This document shows, piece after piece, positions 49,864 through 61,809 of a DNA stretch of 64,000 nucleotides. Within the stretch, counting starts at the first letter, position 1, and every line of letters starts with the position of its first letter. Origin of the DNA: Squalus acanthias (taxonomy: Eukaryota); NCBI GenBank assembly GCA_030390025.1, contig CM059432.1, positions 103,294,001-103,358,000 on the forward strand. Reading direction: 5' to 3'. The translations under genes were made by a program, and so were the position numbers. Under the pieces are notes generated by a model, which ran no database searches, was not told where the DNA came from, and worked only from the letters and a program-made list of their open reading frames with translations.

Positions 49864-51052
49864 TCCACTAGCTCCAAACACTTTGAAGAGAAGAAATCAC
49901 AAGCATAGAGGCTGAAAATGAAACAAGGCTGCTTGGAGCCCTTAAATGCAGCTGGAGAAATGACATCATCAGAGGCGAGTTTCAGGCCCAAAAAACTAAT
50001 TGGGCTAGGGGTTCGCACACGCTGGGAATCAGTTGGGCAATTACGGCAAAATAGCTAAAATAGCCCGCCTGACAGCGGAGGCGGGAGCGGGACCCGCCGA
50101 CCACCTGACCCGCACCCAACCCGCCACCAATGGCAAAATCCAGCCACTACTCTCTGTTTCCTCCCTTCTAACTAGTTTTTTTTAATCCAATTTGTTCCCT
50201 TCCCTCAATTCCATACCCCTTAATCTTCTCCAATAGTCTCCTCTGTGGTAAAAAGACTTTCTGAAAATCCATGTACACCACATCCACTGCATTTCCCCAC
50301 CCACCATATCAGTCATCTCTTTAAAAAACTCGATCAGGTTCATCAGGTTATTGTTGGTACATCAAGGTCCTTCTATGCCACAGAGTATCAAGGTGTAGGT
50401 TCACATCTGTAGTTCATTACAAAGGAGAGACGTCAAATTATATCGAATTCTCAACTGTGAGGTGATGGGAATTAGAAGGCCAGTCAGCCAGTCAGCTGGA
50501 CCAATCTCATTTACCTTCTGACAACTAGTGTATTGGCAGAGGTCTAGAAACAAGTAATCTGCCCACATTTAGTAAAAAAAGAGAGATAGCAGCAATGCAC
50601 AGATCCAGCTAGAATTTCTTGATGCGGAACCTGTCACCTGACAGGTTTGCCCCAAGATCTTTCAAAGTCATCTGTCCTCTAATGAAGACAGCGACTGAAT
50701 TCGAGAAGGTTAATCATGAAATTATTGTTGTACGTGATACATACAATTACCTTCTGCTTACTCCTGGGAGCTGGGAGAAAGGTAGATCATGAACCATGCA
50801 GGTTCAGACTGTGCTTATCATGACCAGTAGCTTTGTGAACATCAAGTGGCTATAGGTACAAAGGCCCTTTGAACTAAACATTATCAAAAACTGTAACTAG
50901 TCTTTGTGAACTGTCCTCCTCATCCACTGATAAATGCTTGCTCAAATCAAAGCTACAGAAAAGTGTGAAGCTCATCCTCCAAGAGATAAATCCTAATTTT
51001 TGTTCAATGGGAAGAAAAGAGCCACAGCATTTGTGTTGCAGCATGCAAGGCC

Positions 51053-52683
51053 TGTAAAATTCGCAATTATCGCGATTCGAAATAACGAGATAAAGCAGAT
51101 TCGTTTCATCAGTTTTATTTCAACGAAATGCTGTCATGATTAAACAGGACACAGAAGCCTGTAAAATGGCCGCCGCGCCTCGTGGCAGAAGCTTCCAGAA
51201 TTTTCAGTGGGCAGACAAGATGGCGTTCGAATAAACATTTCAGTATAAGATTGGTTAATACGCAGCAAACACTGATAAAGACAGGATGCAACCTGTCTGC
51301 ATTTGACACAATAGCAAAGATATAAGTGCTAGAATCATTTTCCATGCACAAGTAAGGACCATTGTAATGGGCAATTGAAGGCCCATCCAGATACATCAAT
51401 ACGCAAATTCCCCATGGCTCTACAATGAGAGAGCCATTCTCGGGTACTTACACAAGTATTCGGAGGCCCCCAAAACCCCGCCAGGGAGGCTCCTAGCCGG
51501 TTCGACAATGGGAAAAACATTAACGGGTAGTTGGCCAGTTTAAGGTGCTACCGAAACCCATTACAAACAAGAATCACCCCATACTGGGAATTTTGAGCGC
51601 CAAGATTTCACAAAGGATGAACATTAAGATTTGGGCGGGAGATAAGGGAACACAGCACTATAACTATAGTGAACAAATGTCCATCGGTCTCTTATCTCGC
51701 TGCTGGCTGCTGAACTCTTATTCCTCTGATCCTCCCGGGGCTGATTCATTTGAATTTTGGAACGAATCACCTCGACGAAGGTCAGTGACCGGGTGCACCA
51801 TCCCGAGGGTCGGTAAACGGTGTTCTGGACCCGAAGGCCCGACGAGACGAGATGAGAAGAGAAGAAGAAGAATCCACGTGCCGCCGCGGTCAGTAAACCC
51901 CGACCGCGCCCGTAAATATAGAGACCATTTTTGAACTCTATCAGGTTGCTGCCGAACCAGTGGAAGACTCTCTTTCGAATTCTATCGACAACCGGTGTCA
52001 ATACAGGAAGACTCTTCTTTGAATTTTACCGGCTAACTGGTGTCGGTCCAGAAAGACTTTTCTTTGAGTTCTACAGCCGGGCCCGAGCACTGTCGAGTTC
52101 TTCATGACAACGGGGAGCCCAGCCTGCTAGCCGGAGCAGAGAAGATAAACAAGTGGGGTACAGAGACCCCTTCCAACACGTGACAGTCAGGTGTTGCAGC
52201 AAAACAAGCCGAGTGCCTCGTTTAAAATTCTCCGAAGTATCACGAGTGGTGAGCATGTTTCCTCGATCCTACAAATCTAGATTAGTGTAGTTATTGATAG
52301 GGGAGGGTGGTTCTTATTAAGGATAAATATAATGTGTCCCCCCTTTTTACGATGTGCCATGCGTTCCTCATTACCCTAGACCAAGTTTTATGAATGTATG
52401 TATACTTGTACTGTCATTAATTTGTGCCTATGACATGTACTTCATGATTTTGGACGTTATGCAATAAAGATTTCCATTTCGTACTATTCAACCGGGTCTA
52501 TTTGAGTTTTTCTCTGCATTACTGCTCTCGCACCTAAGTCCAGTGTTAGAACCGTAAGGGCGAGTGGGTCGAACCACTCACAGGTGCTTATTGCAACAAG
52601 GCTGGCCGGAGACCAGAGCAAGCAATAGTATTAGGCAACGAAGGCCTAACCCCGCACAAGCACCCCGAACCGAACCCCTTACA
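51053..52683 (+). mobile_element. Solo LTR family C
   Basis: TGTAAAATT...CCCTTACA; TSD GGCC; AATAAA at ~52463. Confidence 0.9.
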
Positions 52684-53696
52684 GGCCATTTCATCTCTGC
52701 TGCCCCCTCTGGAATGATACTGCAGCAACACCAAAACGCACCATTAGTCAATGTAATGGCTATTTGAATATTAAAGTAATCAAAGCAATGCTACGACAAC
52801 TTACCCATAATGAATTAAATTCAAACCATGATTTTGTTGAACTAAGTCTTTCTATTGATCTTTACTGCATTTCACTGCAGTGGCCATTCGACTGTTTTGG
52901 TAAATTAGTGACTTGTTCTGAGAATTTTCCCATGAACATTTTTCATTAAACATTTTCTATTCGCAGTTTGTACAACTGAAAAAATAAATAAATGTAGATA
53001 CAGCATTTAAGTAGTTTCTGCCCTAATTATGGATGGAATGATTACTCATGATCCACTAACCACGAGCTGCACTAATTTGGGAATTCTAAACCCCTCCTGG
53101 TTCCTATTTCTCAATTACAAACAAAACCCAGTAATCATGAAGCCATTAAAAGGAACTGAAATATCATGATCCATTTCTTGATTATAATCTAAGGACCGGA
53201 CCACTAACTGCAATAGTTAAGTGGGATGTTCTAAACTCATAGGTCTTTGTTTCTTGATTACTAGTAACAAACCAGTAATTAAGAGAAACGGACCAGAGAA
53301 TTTAAAATTGCCAGAGATTACTATTTACCATACAGACAAGCAAATATAAAGAAATTGTTGACCATATTTAAATTTGAATCAAATGGGCACTAGCAGACAA
53401 GGTAAAATAAGTTAGTCCAGTACCCATCGATAGCCAGGCCTGTTGCTAAGCTGATGTTATCATAAAATACATTTCTTATTACTAATATAATTATGATCTA
53501 ATAGACAAAATCAAGTTATTGAGCAACAATGCGACGAACAGAACTATTAAAGTGAGGATATTTTGCAGAGATTAGGAACCCATTAAATCTATGCAGTTGT
53601 GTATGGTTATTAAGAGTGACACTTAAGAGTAACATCACATTGTTAACCAAAATGAATGGTTCCCATGCCTAATGACTGTTTTCATATAAAGGTTAT

Positions 53697-54590
53697 GGGG
53701 TAGAAATTAGGTCGCGCCCCATTTGGGGCGCAAATATCGTCCGGACGCAAATATTAGCGCCTGGCGCTAATTATCGGCACTGACAGGAAACTTCACTTTT
53801 ACCGCCCCGGGAGGTGAGTGGAGCGCTAAAGCAGGCGCTGCACACCTCTCTTAAGGCGCAAAGGCCGAGCAGTGAGGCGCTAACTCGGAGCGCTGGCGAA
53901 GCTCATGTACTGTCAGTCAGCAATGGAACACACACACAATGGCACGGGCCAGTTCTTAAAGGGGATGGTTAATCTTGCTTTCCATCCACATCCTGTTGAT
54001 TGCAGCCTTGAATCTCGGCCTGGAGAGACTTGCACATCAAATGTGCTGGAAAGAACAATGGAGAGTACCAGGCAAAGAGCTCAGAGTGCAGCTCCCACAG
54101 TCTCTGCTAAATCGATACAAGGAATGGCAAATCAAAATGAACCTGCAAAGTGCTGCTCAGTACCCAAAACTCCTTCACACAACGTTGAATCTCTCCAGAA
54201 GTCTCTCCCTCTCTCTCTCAGAATGCGTAGTTCAAAAATGCCACCAACAATAAAAGACAGGAAGAGGCCCCCTTTAAATAGCGCCACCACCAGCCCCACA
54301 GCGATTGATAGCGTTCCAGTCTTCTGGTCGTTGGAAGCGCCAGGCGGTAAGGCAGGGGGCGCCACTCAATTTCCGCTCCGGGGCGCCACAAGGGCATTGC
54401 ACCATGGAATGACATCACAATCTGCGCGCGCAGGTGGTCGCAGCGGTAAGTTTTAGTGCCGCCGCACAATGTCAAGTTAAGTTCCCAAAGCGGCGCAAAC
54501 ATCGCTGCGCCCGGGCGTTAGCGGCTTTGCGCCCCATTAGCGCCCTCTTAAGGCGCTAACGGGAGGCGCAACCAAGTGAATTTTTACCCC
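53697..54590 (+). mobile_element. Harbinger MITE, deletion derivative of the 58103-62319 family
   Basis: TIR GGGGTAGAAATT / AATTTTTACCCC; TSD TAT; the left ~380 bp and right ~440 bp align with the two ends of 58103-62319. Confidence 0.92.
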
Positions 54591-55999
54591 TATGTCTTTA
54601 AATTTCTTTAGTATAGTACTTGTAGAAGAAAGTCTAAGGTTACCTTCCTCATGAGCAAAGAATGAATTGGTCTGTTCCCTTTCTCTGCTAAAAAAAAGTT
54701 GTGCTCATTTTAAAAGAAACAATGAATGAAATTTACTGTCTTATCTTATGAAGTGTTTATTTAGATATTTTTTAGTATTCTTGCAGTTAGAGATGTAAAA
54801 GTAGAAAGAGAAAAAGAGGATCTGGGAAAGAAAGTGAAGTCTAAATATGACTATTTTTCTTTAATTTTGTTCAACTCTTTTTGATTAATTTTTCCTTTCC
54901 TTTTTGGGTTCCCATGCAAAGGCCTGGCTCTTCAGCTTGTCACTAGGAGGTGTAAGAGAGTGACCTTTGGCAGATTTATTCACTCATTTATCGTCCCTCT
55001 CTGCAGAGAAGTTACCTCCTGTTGATGGCGTAATCAAGTTTGGGAACTCACATGTGTAGAACTGTGGGCTCAAACCCACATCCTATCAATCTGTTTTAGC
55101 ACAACAGATTGGAGCATAAATGCATTTTACAACTACACCACCACAAAACATTTTATTTAACAAATATGATCCTGTATATACTACCAAAAGGTACAGCTGG
55201 TCCCTATATATAAACTGAACTATGAGTCACTTCTTGGCCCAAATTTACTAGAACAACAGCCTGTCCATTTAAAGAGAAATTAGTGTTTTAGCCTTTTCAA
55301 TAGGATCTAGAAGTATCAGTTATCGGCCAGTCCTATGAAAAACGAATAACTTATCTGGTGTAATTTTACACTGCATCGGGTTCCATCCATGCAGGGTGAA
55401 AGGATACACACAGTCATTGTAGAAGTGACTCAAACCTAACTAAAATAAATCAAATGGAAAAAAATTGAATCAAGACTGTTGAACATCTTGAAAATCTCCT
55501 GTAAGCTGAGTGGAGAAGAATGGCACCATAAATTTAAAAAGCACAAAAACACTGTCGTTCGGTATTGAAATGAATATGCAATTGATAGCAGGACATGATT
55601 ATTAAGGCAAGGTGTTCTAGAATTTAAATTTTCTGATAATTAACCGAAGGAAGAGAATTTTGAGTGCAATTTTCCCTCTTGGTTATTCATCTTGCCCTCT
55701 TCTGAAGGCAATGTTTCATGCTGGGGTATGCTTCTATGTGCACCACCAGCCTTCCAGTACCTCACCCAAGTAGCCACTCTTAATGTATAAGCTTAGATAG
55801 TTTCAGAAGGCTATTTGACATGGAGAACCATCACAGCAAAGCCTGGTCTTATCCTTACCCAACACTCATATACATGCCCTTCCACCAGGTGTCACTGGAT
55901 TTGAATGGGAACACCGAATGAATGGTGATGAAGGTGATGTCCCCATAATCCATAATCACTGAGGCCAGCTGACCTATACCTGTAACTATAGCTGTACCT

Positions 56000-56139
56000 A
56001 TAGCTAAATTTTTGTCTCCACCAAATGGGCGGTCAGCTAGCAAAGTAGATTGCCTGCCCACTGGAGAACCTACCTGATTATCATTCCATTGATTTCCAAC
56101 CGACTACTGCCCAGGTGATGAAGATAAAAATTTATCCCC
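56000..56139. mobile_element. Small degenerate hairpin MITE
   Basis: GCTAAATTTTTGTCTCCACC..GGGCGGT is inverted relative to ACTGCCC..GATGAAGATAAAAATTTATC. Confidence 0.5.
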
Positions 56140-56685
56140 AGAATTACCAAATCTGAGGCACCTTTTTGTCTGTATGCTTTAGTGCAATACTACATGGTGC
56201 GCTTACACATTAAGGGGGAGAAATTCGGTTGGTTAGCGCCTCCTGTTAGCACCTGGTGGGGGCACTAACGGGGCACTAATGAAGTAGCGCTGGGGCGAGG
56301 CGAATCCAGCGCCGCACACCAAATCTAGTCGCTCCTTAGCACCGCCGCTAACAGTTAGCGCCTGGGGCTTTAGCACAGGCAGATCATGACGTCAGTGAGC
56401 GTGCAACGGTTACTGGGCACCCGAGCTGCCAAATTGGTTATCGCCCACTGCCTTAGCACCTCATCCTGACAACGACAGGTGGATGGCGGCTCCAGGGGTG
56501 ATATTTAAAGGGATGAGTCGCAGCTGTCAGGGTAGTGCTCTTTCACTGCTTCCTTGTCAGTTTGCAATTGTGCAAGAGTTTAATTAAGTCATTTAAAGGT
56601 TCTTTAGTATCAGGAGTGTTGTGGCTATAAAAATTTGTTACATTTATTCTGACAAAATTTCAAAGTGCTACATATTGTTACAATA

Positions 56686-57038
56686 ATGTGGGCTGTACTG
56701 GCAGTCGACCTCGCCCTCCAGGATCTACGGCGGAGGGAGCGCAGGCAGCGAGAAATATTGCAAGAGGTGGCCAGAGGGAGGAGGAGGGCCATCAGGGCTC
56801 TCAACAGGAGGCCTTACCCTCTGAGGGTATTCTGAGAGCACTTCTCTGACCTCCAATTAAGCGAGGAACATTGCATTAGAAGGCTCTGCAACCGCAAGGA
56901 TGTGGTCAGTGAACTGTGCCATCTCCTGCAACCAGACCTCGAGCCTCAGATCAGGTCGACCACAGCTCTCTCAGTGGCAGTCAAGGTCACCGTCACCCTC
57001 AATTTCTTCACCAGTGGTTCCTTCCAGTCTGCAACAGG
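56686..57038 (+). pseudogene. Harbinger transposase N-terminal fragment
   Basis: RRPYPLRVF*E..LSEEHCIRRL..ELCHLLQPDL..LSVAVKVTVTLNFFTSGSFQ. Confidence 0.85.
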
Positions 57039-57559
57039 TTGTCCCCTGCCTATGCGCTCCTGCTCCCTCCTGTCGTGAGCAACCTTGGCCTGCAAGAGAG
57101 AGGAAAGTGTGTGAGTGAGTGTGGAGCAATGTGTTTGGGAGATGTGCCTGCCATAGTTGAATAGCTGTCATTATGTGCAAGATGTGAGATGTGGGTGTGA
57201 GTGTTCTTCGGTGGAGATTGTTGGTGGGTGATTGCTGGGGGTGTGGTGCTTTGGGCAGTGTGTGCAGACTGAGGTTCAGATGGTGGTATATAGCATTTGT
57301 TGAAGCATTGACTCACCCTGACCACCCGAGTGAGGTTGTTAAATTTCTTCCTGCACTGTGTGTGGGTCCTGGGGACCACAGTGCTGCCCGGGACCTGCTG
57401 CACTACCTCCCTCCACATGGCACGGAAGACTTGCGGCGAGGGCCTCCTGTCACTTGCTGGGTAGAGCACCGCCCTCCATCTCTCCACAGCGAAGACTAAG
57501 GCCTCCAATGCCTGGCCGCAGAATCTGCGCGCTTTCTCCCTGGGCCGTTGATCTGCCAT
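57039..57559 (-). pseudogene. Myb/SANT-like gene, exon 1 (57559-57317) and start of exon 2 (57089-57039)
   Basis: MADQRPREKARRF..ALEALV..WREV..RTHTQCRKKFNNL then GTGAGT; exon 2 AKVAHDRREQER. Confidence 0.85.
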
Positions 57560-58462
57560 AATGACACCTCCTTCAGTGGTCCGGTTCCTTCTCCTTGGCC
57601 TGCTCCTGCTTGCTGAGACAGCTTCAGAACCAGCAATGCTGAGAATGAGGTTCTGCAGCATGATTGACCCTCCCCTTTAAGAACTGGAAAGAGCCTGTGG
57701 CAATGATGACTAGTGATTAGCCTGCACCTGAAATTGCTTAGCACTTTGAGTCTAATGCCACTGAGCTAGGTCATTAGTGCTTGATTTAGCGCTCCAGTCC
57801 TTTCTTTGAGCGATGACACTGAATTTTGCATGCAGCGAGATTCATTAGCGCCTGGCACTAAATCTCAAACTTTTCAGAAGTTAGCGCCCATTCCTGGGTG
57901 ATAATGAATTTCGCCCCATAAGTATTCAGGGGAGCCCAAGAGATTGCCTTTTTGTAACATCTAGTGGAATTTGTTATTATATTTTCTCCATCATAATTGT
58001 TTCTTGGGAAATGAGAATGTTTAGCTCAGTGGTTTACCAATGGAACACTTTCCATTTTGTGAACTCGGTTTCAGCATCAAGTACTCTCAGGTCAGACTTA
58101 GAGGGGGAAAAATTAGGTCGCGCCCCGTTTGGGGCGCAAATATCGTCTGGACGCAAAAATTAGCGCCTGGCGCTAATTATCGCCACTGACTGGAAACTTC
58201 ACTTTTACCGCCCCGGGAGGTGAGTGGAGCGCTAAATCAGGCGCTGCGCACCTGTCTTAAGGCGCAAAGGCCGAGCAGTGAGGCGCTAACTCAGCGCGCG
58301 AGCGCAGCGCAGGTGCTGCCAGTTAGCGACGGAACACAGACACACTGGCGCCGGCCAGTTCTTAAAGTGGGGGGGGGGCAACTTGCTCCCCAGCCACACC
58401 CTGCTCATTGCAGCCTTGAATCTCGGCCTGGAGAGACCTGTGAATCCATTTTGCAGCCAAGG

Positions 58463-60336
58463 ATGGAGAGGGTGAGAGAACGAGCTCAGCGCTTCACCGA
58501 GCGGGCCTTGGATGCTCTGGTTGGCGCGGTGGAGGGCAGAAGATCTATACTCTTCCCTGAGAGTGGCAGGAGGCCTTTGCCACGCGAGTACAGAAGAGTG
58601 TGGAGGGAGATGGCTCAGAGCGTCTCCTCCAGGAGCATGGTGCCCAGGACCCATGTTCAATGCCACAAAAAGTTCAACGACCTCACTCAGGTCGTCAGGC
58701 TGAGTGGCTTTTTCTCAATACCTCTCCATCCCTCCATCTCAACCTCACTCTATGGCCAGAGGGTCTTAAAACCCCAATGCACAACACTCATCCAACACCT
58801 ATGGCCCTTTCATGAAACACACACACACATTCCACACTTTGCATACAGTAAGGGCTATTCACCTATGGGAGGCACATCAGGCAAGACCATGGCTGTATAC
58901 AGTAAGGGCTATTCACCTATGGGAGGCACATCAGGCAAGACCATGGCTGCATACAGTAAGGGCTATTCACCTATGGGAGGCACATCAGGCAAGACCATGG
59001 CTGTATATTTACTCAGATGCTGTCCTTTTTCTTGCAGGCCAAGCTGGCGCATAATAGGAGACAGCAGCAACGGACAGGTGGAGGGCGGCCTCAGCTGCAA
59101 CCCCTCAGCGATCTTGAGGAGCGCGTCCACAGGATTGTGGCAAGCCGGGTGATCGGTCCCGTCGCCACTGGAGACGCCGACCCCGTTCTGGACAGCAATG
59201 GTAAGGTCATCACCTTTTTGTCCTCTGTCCTTCCACTTGTCCCACACAACACCAGCCTTTGACACTTTCAATCCAACTTGCTAACTCGCTGCACTTATTC
59301 CTCCCTTACTGCCACCCTGTCCTCACGCTAAAGCCACTCTTGTACCTCCCTGCTTTCAGATGGTGATTCACCAGCTGAGGAGACGGGCCCTGAAGCTGCC
59401 AGTGGGAGTGAAGCTGCAGCCGAGGAGGAAGAGGAAGTCGGAGCATCAGTGCCACCCTCTCCCGAGGAAGCCCATGCCCACACTGGAAACACGCCTTCCC
59501 TGGAGGGGAGCAGGGGGGAAGGGTCTGATGAGGGTGAAGCTCCAGGACCCAGCAGGCTGCAGCAACGCCATGGGGGTAGGGAAGAACGGGGGCCTTCTCC
59601 CCAGAGGGAGAGTATGCCAGCGACTCCTACTGCAATGGACGCAGAGGAGTAGCGGCTGATCGCAGAAATGAACACCCAGGCAGTGGGCATGCACACTGAG
59701 CTCATGGGTGCAGTGGGAAGGGTGCCCGAATGCATTGAGTCACTGGCAAGGAGTGTGGAGCACTTCGCTGTAGCACAGGCGGATGCCACACTAAAGCTTA
59801 GTGCTGCAATTCAGTCACTGACTGCCGTGATCCCATCTCTGACTGCTCTCATGCAGACTCAGATTGAGGCCACGCGAGCACTGACTGCTGCCAACCTCGA
59901 TGGTTCGTTCACATGTCCCCGGGGCTCTCACCGCGCCGCAGCAGGCCAGCAATCTGTGCTCCAGCAGATTGCTCCGGATGCTGAAGTGCTGCCCCGTGGG
60001 AGTGCCAGTGTGTCGGGCGAGCAGGGAGTTGCTGTCCTCTCTCACGATGACAGCATTCCTGCTGCCAACACTGTCACTTCTCCACTGCACTTGCCACCGC
60101 CTGTAGGACAGACTGCTGCCGCCCATGCAGAGTTGGTGCAGTCTGCAGCCGGGCCCTCCAGGCCCAGAACTGGTCGAGGCCGTCCTTCAGGGGCTTCTGC
60201 AGTGTCAGGGTCTGACAATCAGCAGCCTTCCACCAGCCTTGCTGCAGCCACTGAGGTCCCATTACGGAGGAGCAGTAGGGTTAGAAGGGGGGAAGTGCGC
60301 AAGGGAAGGAGATCACCCTCGAAGGGCAAAAAGTAG
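58463..60336 (+). pseudogene. Myb/SANT-like accessory gene, 3 exons (58463-58699, 59038-59200, 59360-60336)
   Basis: MERVRERAQRFTERALDALV..WREMA..RTHVQCHKKFNDL; exon 2 AKLAHNRRQQQRTGGG. Donor 1 reads CTGAGT (GTGAGT in the paralogues) and there is one in-frame TAG at 59650-59652. Confidence 0.9.
58842..59007 (+). repeat. 54-bp tandem repeat x3 in Myb intron 1
   Basis: (C/T)ATACAGTAAGGGCTATTCACCTATGGGAGGCACATCAGGCAAGACCATGGCTG three times, nearly identical. Confidence 0.95.
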
Positions 60337-60648
60337 GAGGTGTGACAAAATGCTGGTCATTTTTTTATTAAAGGCCGAGGTTCGTGGTCCAACTTTTGTC
60401 TAGTGTTTTGGACATTATCTCCAGGTTGTGAGAACCAGTTATGTTAATGACTGTTTTTTTGTGTTTATTTCTATGAGTTTGTCATGAGGAAATGACACAC
60501 ACAGAGTTTGTAAAATAAATAAGTTTTTGTATTCAAAATATACATGTTTGGTGTTTGGAATCGTTGGTGCCTTGGCCGGCTTAGGGGTTGCGTGCTGGGT
60601 TCATTGTTGTTGTTAGCAATGGCAGAAGCCATTTCCACAGCAGGGGCC

Positions 60649-61809
60649 CTAGAAGCGGCTTGCTATCAGCCGTTGACGGACGGCCCTTGCAGTTTCACCA
60701 TTGTGGGCCGCCCTCCCGCCTTGGAGCTGCTGATGATCATCCTCCTCGTCCTCTTCCTCCTCTTCCTCCTCCTCCTCTGGTGGTGCTCCAAGGCCTGGTG
60801 GCATTGGCTGGGTCCTGACGATTGCCATGTTATGCAACATGCAGCACACAACTACGAAGTTGGATACTCGCTCAGGCGAGTACTGCAGGGCTCCTCCAGA
60901 ATGGTCCAGACAGCGGAACCGTTGCTTCAGCACGCCGATTGTGCGCTCAATGATGTTCCTGGTAGCTTGATGGCTCTCGTTGTACCGCAGCTCAGCAGGG
61001 GTGTTGGGCGTACGGAGCGGTGTCATCAGTCAGGTGCTCAATGGATACCCCTTGTCCCCGAGAAGCCAACCAACTGGCTGATGCGGTGCCTCGAAAAGTT
61101 CTGCCACAGTAGTCTGGCGCAGGATAAAAGCATCGTGGCAGCTGCCAGGATAGTGGGCATTGACAGCGAGTATCAGCTGTCTGTGGTCACAGACCAACTG
61201 AACATTCAAGGAATGGAACCCCTTTCTATTCCGGAATTCCTCGGCATTCTCATGTGGAGCACGCAAAGCCACATGCGTGCAGTCAATGGCGCCCTGCACC
61301 ATGGGGAAGCCCGCTATCCTCGCAAAGCCCAGAGCACGGTCACGCTGCTTGTCTGGGGTCATGGGGAAAGAGATGAACTCTCGTCCCCTTTTAAAGAGGG
61401 CATTTGTGACCTGCCGGATGCAGCAATGCACCGCGAACTGGGAGATATTGGCGAGGTCCCCAGCAGCAGCTTGAAATGAGCCAGTAGCGTAGAAGTTGAG
61501 AGCCACTGTGACCTTCACTGCCACCGACAGAGACGTCCTGGACCTCAGTTGAGGCTGCAGATCTGGCTGCAGCAGGTGGCAGAGCTCAGTGACCACCTCC
61601 TTGCTGGATCGCAGCCTTCGCAAACACAGCTCCTCAGACATATGAATGTAGGAGAGCTGTTCACGATATACCCTGGGAGGGTAAGCTCTCCTGTACATAC
61701 GCCTGTTGGCCCTCCTCCGTCTGGCCATCATTGCCACTCTCTCTCTGCGTCTCTGTGTCCTCCGATTCAGCTGGAGCAGGACGACGCCCCCAATCAGTGC
61801 AGCCCCCAT
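60649..61809 (-). pseudogene. Harbinger DDE transposase (HARBI1-like) with a single nonsense codon
   Basis: The two ORFs are in frame across a TGA at 61030-61032 (YPLST*LMTP; W expected). Catalytic GAIDCTH, LGDKGY and IERTIG motifs are intact. Confidence 0.95.

Larger units (their letters stand above)
45821..50146. mobile_element. Full-length PIF/Harbinger transposon (inactivated)
   Basis: TIRs GGGCTCGATTTT / AAAATCCAGCCA; TSD CTA; GGCGGG/CCCGCC subterminal repeats; convergent transposase (+) and Myb (-) genes. Confidence 0.93.
45650..50345 (-). mobile_element. Old CR1 RT fragment (45650-45820 + 50147-50345), split by a Harbinger element
   Basis: Minus strand reads VYMDFQK, GSVLGLFL and SKFA; the sequence joins across the CTA TSD. 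Confidence 0.65.
56214..57918. mobile_element. Internally deleted Harbinger element
   Basis: TIR GGGGGAGAAATTC / GAATTTCGCCCCA; TSD TAA; the 5' part of the transposase (+) abuts the 5' part of the Myb gene (-) at ~57038. Confidence 0.9.

Noticed and set aside
53905..54456. 183-aa ORF in the MITE
   Set aside because: Chance read-through across the deletion junction; only a few codons belong to the Myb start.
58220..59152. 310-aa ORF as a single CDS
   Set aside because: Starts at GTG in the subterminal region and reads through intron 1; only 58463-58699 is Myb exon.
60544..61479. 311-aa plus-strand ORF
   Set aside because: Antisense shadow of the GC-rich transposase; no recognisable motifs.
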